NCBI GenBank assembly: GCA_037447605.1
Contig: CM074816.1
Span: 2,384,525-2,448,524, forward strand
Reading direction: 5' to 3'
Length of the DNA stretch: 64,000 nucleotides
From: Zygnema circumcarinatum SAG 698-1b
Taxonomy: Eukaryota > Plantae > Zygnematophyceae
Shown here: positions 50,164 through 62,572 of the stretch, piece after piece
Position numbering within the stretch: position 1 is the stretch's first letter
Layout of the letters: the number at the start of each line of letters is the position of its first letter
Notes under the pieces: generated by a model
The model's input: the letters and a program-made list of their open reading frames with translations, nothing else
What the model was told of the DNA's origin: nothing
Databases searched by the model: none
Program-made: the position numbers and the translations under genes

Positions 50164-53100
50164 ATGCCACGTGGCATGCTGCAGAGTGTTGTGCGGCGCG
50201 TGCGCTCTTACGTGCGCTCAAACGCGTTCGCTGTGTCGCCCTCCGTTCTCTTAAACCCTAACGGCCAGGCAGACCCTAAAACCCCTCGCAACCCTAATCC
50301 TCCGACAGTTTTCCTTCCTCGGTTGAGTCCTAGCACTGCTGTTAAACCTAATCCTAACCCTAATTCTAACCCTAACCCTAATTCTAAACCTAACCCTAAT
50401 TCTAACCCTAACCCTAACCCTAATTCTAAACCTAACCCTAATTCTAACCCTAACCCTAACCCTAACCCTAATTTTTCGTCTAGCATTCCCGCGAATGCGA
50501 TCCTTTACTTCGCCTCTCTCCTGTATTACGCCGCTCATCGCCTCCATCGGACTTTGTATCACTTCAACATCTTGAAGCGAACGAGGTGAGAGCTCCCTCT
50601 TATCATCCGAAGTTCACCTTTTTTCCTTCTCCTTGAATTTTTAGACTCGAAATGAAATAAACAGAAAAAAAAAATGTTGTTTTGTTTCATCGTTGGAGAT
50701 CATGATATTACTCAATAGTGCTTTTTGTGTGAGTCTTTTTTTTTTTTTTGCGTGTGTTTAACGGGTTTTTTCCAGGCTACCCGTCCCTGTCATTAGCGTC
50801 GGAAATCTCACATGGGGTGGGAATGGAAAAACGCCCATGACGGAATTTCTCACATGGAAATGCTTAGCGGCAGGCGTCACGCCTCTAATCCTTACTCGGG
50901 TGCGCTCTCCTCTAAGCTAATTAAAAAAATATATAAAAAAATTTATATATATACATATTTATATATATGGCTTTTTTTCCTTCACGAGTTCCCTATTCTT
51001 CCCGTCCTTCCAAAGAAAAAAAATCTTTTGAATTTGCTTCTCGTCGCGCAGGGATATGGAGGGGGCGACGAAGTTCGGCTCTTGGAAAAACATTTTTCGG
51101 GCAGCCCGGTCGCCATAGGAGTCGGGCGGAACCGTAAAAAGGTGGCCAAAAAAATTTTGGGCAGCAGAAAAATTGCGTCTCCGCTTTCAGACGAAGAGCT
51201 ACTCCTCAACTTGGGTCAAAAAAAATTGCACGAAACAAAAAATTCAAAAAAAAGGAAAGGAAAATATAACCAGGACGAGGAGCCTCCATGTGCCAAAATT
51301 CGGACCAATTTTTCGTATTTTAACGGAACTGAACGGACCCAAATTCCTTTGAATTCTCCAATCGGAGTCGCAATTCTCGACGATGGAATGCAGGCAAGAT
51401 GTCACCAAAGAACCCAGTTTTTCTTCACAAACTCAGCTTCCCCTCGTGCGGTTTTCGCCAAGTCAGGGAGTCCCCTTCAGAGGAGGGTTCATTCAGCTGC
51501 TCAGTTTTTTTGGGATTTCTGAGTTCCTTGCGTTTATGGCATGGAAGCTTTTTGGGGTTTTCAAGGTTTTCAGGGTTTTAGGGTTTTGGCGTTTTGGGGG
51601 CTTTAGGGTTTTCAAGGTTTGTAGGGTTTTAAGGTTTTGGCGTTTTAGAAGATTTAGGGTTTTAGGGTTTTAGGGTTTTTGCGTTTTTGGGGTTTTAGGG
51701 TTTTCAAGGTTTTCAAGGTTTTGAGGGTTTTAGGGTTTAGGGGCCTGGAGGGGGCGCTGCAGCACTTCGCGGTGGAGCGCGATGCTGACGTGGCAATGGT
51801 CAGCGCCGTGGGCCTCCTCGGCAACGCCTCCCTCGTCCCGCGCGGACCGCTCCGGGAACCACTAGGAGCCGCCCTGCCACGTGCGACTATGGTCGCCATA
51901 CACCACGCCGACCTGGTGCAGTCCTGCCGTTCTCTCTCTCTCTCTCTCCCTCGCTCGCTCTCTCTCTCTCTCTCACACACTTATATCTCTCCTCTCTCTC
52001 CCTCTCTCTCTCCCTCTCTCTCTCTCCTCTCCTCTCTCTCTCCTTCTCTCTCGTTCTCTCTCACTTATTTCTCTCCCCTCTCTCCTCCTCTCTCTCTCTC
52101 CCTCTCTCTTTCTCACCTCTCTCTCTCCTTCTCTCTCATCTCTCTCTCTCTCTCTCTCTCGTTCTCTCTCACTTATTTCTCTCTCCTCTCTCTCTCCCTC
52201 TCCCTCTTCCCCCCTCTCTCTCTCTCCTCTCTCTCTCTCTCTCCCTCTTTCGTTTTCTTCCTCCCGGATTTAGCTTTACAACGTTTTCCTGTTTCCTTTT
52301 GCAGGTCACCTCTGATAGGCTGACTGCAATCGCTTCTGAAATTTCCAATTTCTGCTCGAGCCGTGCATTCATCATTTGCACTCGCATGCGGCCGTACGCT
52401 CTTCTACCGATCTGCCACGTGGCAGCTCCTCAAGGCTCCAGCTCACCTGCATACAGTGCCACATCAGCACCGATCGACTCTGAACTGTCATGTGCCACGT
52501 CAGCTAGTTTTAGGTCGGAAGGTTTTGAGAAAACTGATCCTGACGTGGCAGCCAGAGTGGACGCAGTGAGTGACCACGTGGCTCTTGCAGTGAGCGGCAT
52601 TGGTTGTCCGATTGCTCTTGAAATAACGTTGCAGCGAATGGGAGCTTGCCACGTGGAGAGCATGGCTTTCGAGGACCACCACCACTTCAGTCATGAGGTA
52701 AGTTCTTCTCTTCCTCTCCCCCCCCCCTCCCCTCACTCCCTCCCCTCCCCCTCCCCTCACTCCCTCCCCTCCCTCTCCCCTCACTCCCTCCCCTCCCCCT
52801 CCCTCCCCTTCCCCTCCCTCCCCTCTCTCCCTCCTCTCCCCTCCCCCATCTTCCNNNNNNNNNNTCCCCTCCCTCCCCTCTCTCCCTCCTCTCCCCTCCC
52901 CCATCTTCCCTCCCCTTCCCCCTCCCCTTCCCCCTCCCCTTCCCCATACCCCTTCCCCCTCCCCCGTTTGGATATTGTTGCTCCAAATGTTTGCCTCCTT
53001 ATTTCAATTGGAGGGATGTGCTTGTTTGTTTACTTTAGGATCTCCAGCATGTGAAGGAGCGCTATGAGCAGCTGCAAGCCCAGCATTCGGGGAAGCGTGT

Positions 53101-53453
53101 CTTCCTAATATTAACTGAGAAGGTAAAACCTTTATCTTTCACTTGAGCTTGGTGAAAGGAGAAAAATATGTCCATGTTATAAAATGTATTATCTAAGCTG
53201 TTTTTTAACTGCTTGAATTATGCCATCACCCCATTTCTAATATGCAATGTTCGTTTCCTATTCTGGGGTTCAGGACTATATGCGAGACCCCCCTCTATTG
53301 GTGAAGGAGCTTTCCACGTGTAATGCTTTTGTTTTGTTGTCGGAATTCGAAGTTATGGGAGGACCTGAAGCCATGGAGGCTGTTGAGAACGCTCTCGTTT
53401 CTGTTTTGAGCCAACCTTCCAGATGGAGTACACTTTCAGCTCTAACAAATTAA
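50164..53453 (+). CDS. LPXK: Tetraacyldisaccharide (lipid A) 4'-kinase, multi-exon
   Basis: LPVPVISVGNLTWGGNGKTP; LILTRGYGGGDE; ILDDGMQH; RD...PRGPLREP; SGIG; FEDHHHF; ILTEKD. Confidence 0.95.
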
Positions 53454-54227
53454 GCATGAAGTTTGCAACTTTGCCAAAGTTTTGTATCCCAGTTGCATCT
53501 GGTCAACAAACTTTGAGAAAGTGAGAGTTGAAGGTGTGTGAAGTGAACGAGACTTCAATGAAATCGGCGCAGTCTGAGGGAAAATGACAGTTACCGAGGT
53601 CCAAGCATGAATTAGGGTTTCATTTTCGCTTGCAAGGAACTACAAGTGGACAGTCGTCAGTTCCACACTTTCTGTGCTCAACTTGTTCAGTTGGCAACCC
53701 AGTTCAACGCAAAGGCTATAAAACCCACAAAACACAAACAACTCACTGATGCTAACTAACTGACTAACAAACTAATTTACTATTTGACTTCAACTTTCTG
53801 TGCGTATCGTGAAGCATTCCTGCAACCGCCCCAAAAGGAGTTGTTCAACTGGATTTGTTTAAGACATGCAGAGTTCTGACACCTCCAGGACCCTCAACTT
53901 GTTGACGTGTTTGCTCGCTCCTTCACCATGCCATGCAGGCGATGATGCTCCAATGATGATGGCATGTAAGCAAGGCAGAGAAACATTAGCTTCATTGGCA
54001 GTCCAACATTCTCGATTCTCTCCCTTCTCTCCCTACTCTCTCTCTCTCTCTCTATACCTCACTTTTTTTTCTCTCTCTCTCTCTCTCTATTACTTCTAAG
54101 CACACCGTCCTTCCATGCCATGCTGTTCCTTCCCTTACATTACATGATGGTGGACCCAAACAGCGACGATTCTGCCCAGAACTCCACCTTACCAAATGCT
54201 CCTGCGAAACCCTAATCTCGTGGAACC

Positions 54228-55592
54228 CTAATCCTTGAAAAAGGCCGACAACCGGACGGGCCCTTCCTTCCCTTCATCCTCACTCGACTCCTCACTCTCC
54301 GACCTCCGACGCTTCTCCTTTGATCTCTTTTCCTTCTTGGACCTCCTCTTCTCCCTCCTCGCGTCACGATCGCTCTCACTCTCCGACTCATCCGACTCGG
54401 AATCCGACTCATCTCTCTTCCGTCGCTTCTCTTTGTCTTTTCCCTGCAACTTGTAACCAGCCAGAAAATTAGGGTTTCGGCATTTTAGGGTTTCGCCGTT
54501 TTAGGGTTTCATCATTTTTAGGGTTCGGCATTTTTAGGCTCAAAATCAAGCAAGTAAAGTCGTGCAGCAGGTGCTTTTGCTCACCCTTTTCCTCTTCTCA
54601 GATTTCGAGCGATCTTTGTCCTTTTCCTTTTCCTTCTTGCCTGCTTCATGCAAATAGAGAGCATGTCAGACGACATGACATCATTTAGATATTAAAAAAA
54701 TCATCAGAATATAAAGGGAAAGAGAAAACCAAACCTAAAAGCAGAAAAAAAAACCCACCTTTTTTCTTCTCTTTCTTGTCAGACTTGTCCGAGTGGTTCC
54801 TTCCCCTGGCGAGTTTACTCGCTCTTTCTGCGTCCAACTGCGCTCGATATTCCTTCATTCTGCGCTCCTCATCACCGGCTAATTCTTCCTTCTTCTTGGC
54901 TTCTTCCTGCCCAGAAAACAACCCCCCAAGAAGGGAAATTGAAAAGAGAAACATGACTCGTCGTTTTCAGAATAAAATTATCCTTCTAGCAAGGCCAAGA
55001 GAGGCAAGAAATAGCTCCAAAATCCAGCATTCGGTCCATGCATAAAGTTTGGCATTAAAGAAACCTAAGCGAAATTGGAAACTACAAATAGAGCAGGCGC
55101 ACTTTATTGGGAAGACCCACAAGGTTCAAAAGACAATCCTCCCTCCGTCGCCTTTTTTCCCCCATCCTCTCTCTCTCTCGCTCTCTCTCTCTCTCCCCCC
55201 CTTTCTCTCCGCCCCTCTCCCCTCTCCCTCTCTCTCACCTTCTGCTTAGACTTCCACTCCTCCCAGGTGACGGTGTGGGAAGTCTGCAGACTTGCCAAGC
55301 GCGCTGCGTGCCACTCTGGTGAATGGAAAGACCCGTCCATCTGCCAAACGCAAAGTTAGACAAACCCAAACAAAAAAAAGGTACCAAAAAAAGAAATCAT
55401 TATTGACATTATGTTGTAACGCCGTTAATTTTTTGTCTTCCATTGCCTTCAGCTCTCCAGCATGTGAGAGGAGGACCAAAAGAGGCCGACAGCGCATACC
55501 ATGCCGTCATTGACCTCGTCCTCGGGCCCGTTCGAGAGATGGCTCGCCATCTTCGCGCGCTGCATCTGCTTGTGGGCCTGGTTCTTCCCCAT
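54228..55592 (-). CDS. Conserved K/R/S/E-rich putative nuclear protein (FAM133-like plant family), multi-exon
   Basis: MGKNQAHKQMQRA...DGM|..SFHSPEWHAARLASLQTSHTVTWEEWK...MKEYRAQLDAERASKLARGRN...GPVRLSAFFKD-stop. Confidence 0.75.
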
Positions 55593-55603
55593 GGCTGCTG
55601 GCA

Positions 55604-55645
<42 letters not shown>

Positions 55646-57642
55646 NNNNNNNNNNGGGAGAGGGGGAGGGAGAGGGAGAGGAAGTTGAAGAGGGGAGAGG
55701 GAGAGAGTGTGGAGAGGGGAGAGGGGAGGGGGGAGGGGGGAGGAGATCGGGAGGGAGAGGAAGTTGAAGAGGGGAGAGGGAGGGAGTGTGGAGAGGGGAG
55801 GCGGGAGGAGAGTGGAGGGGGGAGGGGGGAAGGGGGAAGGGTGGGTCGGGGATTGAGGAGGGAAGGGAGGCGAAGGGAGGGGGGAGGGAAGAGGGAGAGG
55901 CAGAAGGAAGAAGGGAACGGGGAGAGGGGAGAAAGGAAGAATGAGTGTGACAGGAGGGAAAATGGGGAGAGAGAGGGAGAGGGGTGGCGAGCAGAGAGAT
56001 AATTGGGAGAAGGGAGAGGACGATGGCGGAAAGGAAAAGGGATGGGGCCAAATGGGGGACTAGATGCACATGTTTCAGAAATCCTGTCAGGAAATATATG
56101 GAGCTCGGAGTGTTGCTCTTCTTGAGTCAAGGTGAGCGAGGGAGAGGGAGAGAGAGCGAGGGAGAGGGAGAGAGAGAGGGAGAGGAAGGCAGAGAGAGTA
56201 GGAGGGGTAGGAGAGAGAGCGAGGCGGGAAAGGGGGGAGAGTTTGAAAGGATTAGAGAGTGATAGAGTACGATAGAGAAGGAAAAATGAGCGACAAGGAT
56301 GAAGGCGAGGCAGAGAGAAAGAGAGAGAGAGAGGGAGGGGAGAGAGACAAAGAAGGAGCCCGCCAGAGGACGGCGGGCAGTCTGACACTCTAAAGTCCTA
56401 AACCCTGAACCCTAAATTCCTAACCCTAAATCCCGAGGCGCGTGAAAGAGGTCGCCATGGCTCGCTCGCTCACGAGAGAGAGAGAAAATTTTGCGCTCCA
56501 TCGTGAAAGTGTAAGTAGTCACCAGCCAATGGGAGCGCGCCACCTGCCAAATCGTGTCACGTGACACGTTTTCATTGGTGGAGACTCGACAACTTCTGTG
56601 TACTCCAACTCATACCGTACCGCCAGGGTTTTAGCGAAGATTAATTTTGGAGAATATTTACAAATTTGGCTCCCCGTTATGCAAACATCGTTCCGTATTG
56701 TACTGAATTCTAGGGTTGTGAAATCGCCGCGATATATCGTATCGTATCGAAGTGAGCGACTACAGTACGCAACGCGATGGCACGATGGCCATTCAAATTT
56801 TTGTATGGCATGGCATGGCATAGTTTTACATGACATTGCCTGCCTCGCCATAGCATTTGGTATTCAGACCAATCACATCAATGCGATTCAGTCTGTTACT
56901 AGAAAACTCGCAACATGCATTTCATGGGGACAATGTCCTCACACCCATTCATTCACACATAGGAAAAGACAAAGGAGGAACATTTCACAACTGGGTTTGG
57001 AGGTTTCCATCTTTCAATGACGTGGCATTTACTACTGGACCTCATGGTGACGTCATCACATCTAGCGTCTGAAATCTTTCAGACCGAAGGTCAAGAGTCA
57101 AACCTTTTTACACATTACAAATTGGATAAGGAAAATTAGATTCACTGATCCTTAGACAAAATATAGACACAGAGGCTTGGCTCCTACTCGTGGAAAAGAG
57201 ATAGACTACAAACACCTGCAGCTAGGCCCTTCATTTGTAACAAAAGTGAGGTAGAGATCGAGGGCGGTGGAAAGGTGGAGAGGAGAGAGGAGAGGAGAGA
57301 GAGAGAGAGGAGAGAGGTGGAAAGCTAGACGAGAGAGAGTACGCAAGAGGGGGAGAGAGAGAGAGAGAAGTGCGAAAGCGGGAGGCGGAGGGAGAGGGAG
57401 GTAAGGGAGGGCCAAAACTGGGGCGAGAAGAAAGAGATAGGAAGAGAGAGAGAGAGAGGGAGAGGGCAGGGAACGAGTGCTCTGCCTCTGATGCAGTACA
57501 GCCCACTATCTTTGAATCGAATCTTTGCCGTGAAAATTAAAAAAAAAAACAAAAAAGTTGAGCGATATTTCGTATACTCAGCCCCATATTTTAAAGTAGT
57601 TGCCAGCTTTATATGAACATCATCCCTTCGATTTCATCGCCT

Positions 57643-59706
57643 TCAGCGACCAATGAGAGTCCAGACTGCGCTTGACCCCATGGAAGACAAAAATCGCATT
57701 CCCGCCGCTCCTCCGGGGAAATAGGATACAAGGTAGTAAACAAGTGCCAAAATCTGCAAATTAGAATTTAGAATTGGAGACCTCGTTAGTGGGACACATT
57801 TTCGCAGCAAAGAAGAGAAAGGCCGTCAACATACAAAGAATGAGAAAGGGAGAAAGAAGGAAGGAAAGAAAGTAAGAAAGGAAGGAAGGATTGGAAGCCC
57901 TACCTGCACACCCGAGAAAATAACGGAAAGGAGGTACGAATGCAATACTATGGAGACATAGATTGTGCCGATCATACTGCCCACAAAAAATGCCGTGAAT
58001 GGTAGTCTCTGTATCAAACAAAATGCAGCTCTTTAAGAAATTAAGCTCCTTGAGAAAAATAAGTGGTAAAACTGAGTTCAAGGAAGCATCAAAGGCATGC
58101 TTAACTCAACCAAATTGACCTTCTCCCACAAGATGTGCCAATTTGTAAGAAAGATATTCATCAATCCTTCTCCTTCTCTCCTTCTACGTGCCTCTCTTTT
58201 CCCTCCCTTACTCCCACCGCCTCTCCTCTCTGCCCTCACTTTGCCCTCTCAGCCATGGTCCTTTCTTCCCACTCTTTCCCAAAAGAGCCCACCTCCTCTC
58301 CCCTCCCCCTCTCGCACAATTCTCTCCCTCCTCTTCCTTTTCCTCCGCTATTTGCCCATCCTTCGCTCTCTCCCTTCTCTCTCCCCACCGACACTCAACT
58401 ATTCCTATCCCATCTCTCCAGCCCACCATTCTCTACTCTCTCCCTCACGCACTCCCTTCCTCTCTCCCTCCCCCACACCAAGCCCTGTCCTACCAAGCAC
58501 TTACCCTTCTGCTTGTCCTCAAATCTTTCCTACCCCATTCTACTCTCCCTCCCTTCCCCCACCCTCTGGGAGAGAAAAGGACACTGACCTCAACCGTAGT
58601 CATATGTGAGAGCTGAACTGCCGGACCCTTCAATATGAAGAAGGAGCTCATCACAAGGAGGCATCCCACAGTGAAGCAGAGAGCAAATTTTTGCGGAGCG
58701 AGAACCATGACAGGGAGGAAGACAGTAAAGGCCAACATGATGAAGAAAATTCCGACAGCAATTGTTGAAGCAAAGTAGAGAACAGCTCTTCGAGAAGGAA
58801 GGCTTGTTGCGCTTTTGTGGATGCTTCCGGGGAGATCCTGTGCTGTTTTAGCAACACTGAAATGAGGGGTGCAGAGGGAGCGAGCGAGGGAGGAAGAGGG
58901 TGGGGAGAAAGAGGAAGGGGAAGGGAAGGAGAAGGAGAGGGAAAAAAAGTGGGTGGGAGAGGAAGAGGAAGAGGGAGAGGGAGAGAAGTACAGAATAATG
59001 AAGCTGTTAGAAATTAACATTTTCAGAGATTTTGGAAATGTGATTATTCTTGAAACAGTAGTCGAACGACAGCTCAACATTGACGAAAAGTACAATAACA
59101 AAATAAATGAATGAACGCTGAAACCCGCGTGGCCTCAAGCCTCCGTTCCAGGTAAGCAGGCACAATATAAAACCATCGACTTGTTTCTGCTTCAATATTG
59201 AATCTTTAAAATAAACTAACGCTAAATAACCCTAGTCTTAATCTTAAATATAAACCTATCGTTGACGCTTAACCCTGGTTCCAACCGCCCCTCATTCACA
59301 AAACAGCACTTCTAACCCCTCTTTAACCATTAGCCAAACCCTAACTCTAACCCCAACCTTAACCCCGACGCCAACCCTGACCCTAACCCTAAACCTAACC
59401 CTAACCCTAACCCTAACCCTAACCCTAACCCTAACCCTAACCCTAACCCTAACTCCTCCTTCCCTCCCCCCCCTCTCACCTCGACCACGCCCCCGCCATT
59501 GTGGTCGACGCGTTCTGCAGAAAGGGAGCAAAGGGATCCGCCATGGCAGCCCTCCTCCCGCCCTCCAAATCCATGGCGGCGACCGCGGGGAAGCCCTGCC
59601 CCTGCGACTGCGCCTCGTACTGCTTCCAGCTGTCGAGCAGCGAGACGGGGGCCTCCTCCTGCGCGCTCGGGCCTCCCTGGAACCACGCCTGGATCATCGC
59701 CTGCAT
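57643..59706 (-). CDS. SFT2: SFT2/Got1-family vesicle transport protein, multi-exon
   Basis: FLPVMVLAPQKFALCFTVG; LKGPAVQLSHM..ERLPFTAFFVGSMIGTIY; SYFPGGAAGMRF. Confidence 0.9.
59337..59453. repeat. (CCCTAA)n telomere-like tract in SFT2 intron 1
   Basis: About 10 perfect units plus degenerate flanks starting ~25 nt inside the intron. Confidence 0.92.
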
Positions 59707-60387
59707 CGGGGGGGAGGGCCCCCCTTAAACCCTAAACCTCTTACACCCTAAACCTCTTAACCCTCTCAATCTTTTGAACCCTTAATGCCTGAGTCCCAAT
59801 GAGTCCTAATCCTAATGAGTTCTGAGAGTCGAAAAGATTTGAGAAAGGTTAGAATTAGGGTTAGAATGAGGGGTTGAAGGGTGTTGGTTGATGCTGGAGG
59901 AGAGGGTGTGGTTCAGGGCGCATCAGGGGAGAAATTAGGGTTTTGGGAAAGGTTAGGGTTCACAGTGGCTTGGGTTTGGTATGGAGGCTAAAATGAGGTA
60001 TGGAAAAAGGCGTGGCATAGGCCACTTTTGGATCTCACCCAGGTTCGGAATAGGAGCGGATCGACGTTTAAGTGCGAGGGCTTGGTTCGGGAGAGGCTCG
60101 GAAATGGGCACGGTGCCGGGCCTTGAAAATTTGAAGGGGAAATTAAGTCCCCGTTTTGAAGAAAAAACACTACAGCTGCGAAGACGTGGTCTGATTGGTT
60201 CGGTAAAAAATTAAAAACGTGTTTCACAAGTTTGAATTCTCAAAATGTTTTTGACGTGCTTAAAAATTTTCAGTGACCAATTATAATTGTTCTTTACACG
60301 TGTAAATTCTCCATGGAAACCTTTTGTCATCTACCCGTTGACTCGGGCAAAGTAAGGAAAAAATCAGCGTATCTTACTTTTTTTCCA

Positions 60388-62216
60388 CTGACCGGAACAA
60401 TGGAATCCACTCGAAAGAGATGATCCAGGTTGATCCGAATCGGTGTCGCGCCACAAAAACGTAAATAAAATTCCGAACAGCAAATGTACCCGATGTTACT
60501 GGAACTGTGACAGAACAGGAAGTGGTCCATGTAGCCGGATAGCATGTAACTGCCGTACCAGCGTTGCTCAAATACTTTAGGGTTCAGGGTTTAAGGTTTA
60601 GGGTTTAAGGTTTAGGGTATAGGGTTTTAAGGGTTCAGCTCCTGCATGGGCTGCTTTCGGAGGTCTCTTAGAAGGGGGCTAAGTTTGGGAAGGAAAGCAG
60701 GTTGGATGTGGGAGCTGCCTCAAGTGCTGGTCTTGGAATTTTTTGGGTCGAAAAAGACTTTTATGGACCTTTGAACATGTCCATGTCCATGTTGATAGAT
60801 GCATCGCCATGGTGAGATCAATGCCAAATTGCCAATGGTTGGCGCCATGGTTTTCGCAAGACTCGGACTCTTTGAGTGCTGGCAATGCAGCGTGAATTAG
60901 GGTTTCTCCCTGGCAGATGGGAGAGCTTAGCCTCACTTTCTAGGAAGTAGTGAGGGAGAGAGTGGAGGGAGAGGGCGAGGGAGAGGGAGAGGGAGAGGGA
61001 GGAGAGAGGGAGCTGCTGGTTTCGATGGCTGCCTCATCATCAGCAGACAGCGCAGCCATGGATGGTGAGGATGTGGAAGTCCATTTCTTGGATGAAGAGA
61101 AAATGACAGTGGTGGCTAAGATGCGCCTTACCATGGCTGCCGTCCAGAAAAGCGAATTCTTGTCTACGAAGATGTTGAAGAGGTGGAGTGAAGGTCGGGA
61201 AGGGGAAGACAAGCTCCGCGTCTTGCAAGTGAATGTAGCGGCGGGAGAAGTGAAGGACTATCTACGCGTTCTGAAGCTCATGGCGTCTGAATCAACATTT
61301 GAAGAGGAGTTGGACGATGTCAATAGAACGCTTACATTGCTGAATATATCCTCTGTGCTGCTGTATGACGAGGGCATAGAGGAATGCTTGCAGTATCTCA
61401 GGGACGTTCCATGGCAGGAAGGAGAGGAGACAGAGGAAGTGCTGGCGCTGCTGGATGTGCTGCAGGTGAAGGAGGGCGAAACCTTGTTGCAAACGCGGGA
61501 GATGTCGACCTCTCCATATATTGGAAAACTGCTTGCTGCCTGCTGCTGCAAGTGTTCGCCAAGCAATAGCGTTGAATATTTGATGACCGAACTTATTCGC
61601 TCCACAAGGCCGCATCATGTCAACAAAAAGCTTCACTTCATTTTATCTTGCCTTCATGAAAGTATGAAGAAAGCAACGTCCTGTTGCGACCTCCATTACA
61701 TGCTACGAGCGAAAAAATCCTTGTTGATCGCATGGATTCAGTATTTGAAACAGGCAGGAAAAGGCCACGTGAGAATAGCGGATGGAGCTCCCCTGATTGA
61801 GATGACAAATGCAGACTCCCTGCGTGCCGTTACAGCCAAATTCAATTCATGCCCAGATTGCAAAAACGCAATCCGTTCTCTCACACTTGAAGCAACGGAG
61901 ATACTTCCACAAGGCCTAGCCGATGGCGTATTGGTGACGTCCGCTACCAACAAGCGGACATTCATCGACAATTACCTGACAGGCAAAGGAGTGGGTGTGA
62001 ATTGGGATTGCAAAGTCATCCTGAAAGTATTTGATTCGCTTCCCTCCAAGGATCAGGAATTTCTATTTGATAAGCTATTCACTAAAACTGCACGGCGGTT
62101 TCCCTTATACTGAAGATGATGCTACACGATGGAAAGCCGCTGAGTAAGAGTGCGGTGCAGGCGTTGAGAATCCTTTTGTGGTGTTGCCGTGCACCACACA
62201 ATTGCTTCAGCTCCAG

Positions 62217-62257
<41 letters not shown>

Positions 62258-62541
62258 TCTCTCTCTCCCCCTCCCTCCCTCCCTCCCTCCCTCTCTCCCT
62301 CTCTCGCCCTCTCTCCCTCTCTCCCTCTCTTCCTCTCTCCCTCTCTCCCTCNNNNNNNNNNCCCTCTCCCTCACTCCCGCTCTCCCTCTCCCCCTCTCCC
62401 CCTCTCCCTCTCTCCATCTCTCCCTCTCTCCCTCCCTCCCTCCCTCCCTCCCTCCCTCCCCCTCTCTCCCACTCTTCCTCTCTCTCACCTCTCTCCCTCT
62501 CTCCACTCTCCCTCTCTCCCTCACTCCCTCTCTCCCTCCCC

Positions 62542-62572
<31 letters not shown>

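Noticed and set aside
55604-55645. Poly-G run upstream of the FAM133-like ATG
   Set aside because: Runs into an N gap; long G runs are a known short-read artefact and the length is unreliable
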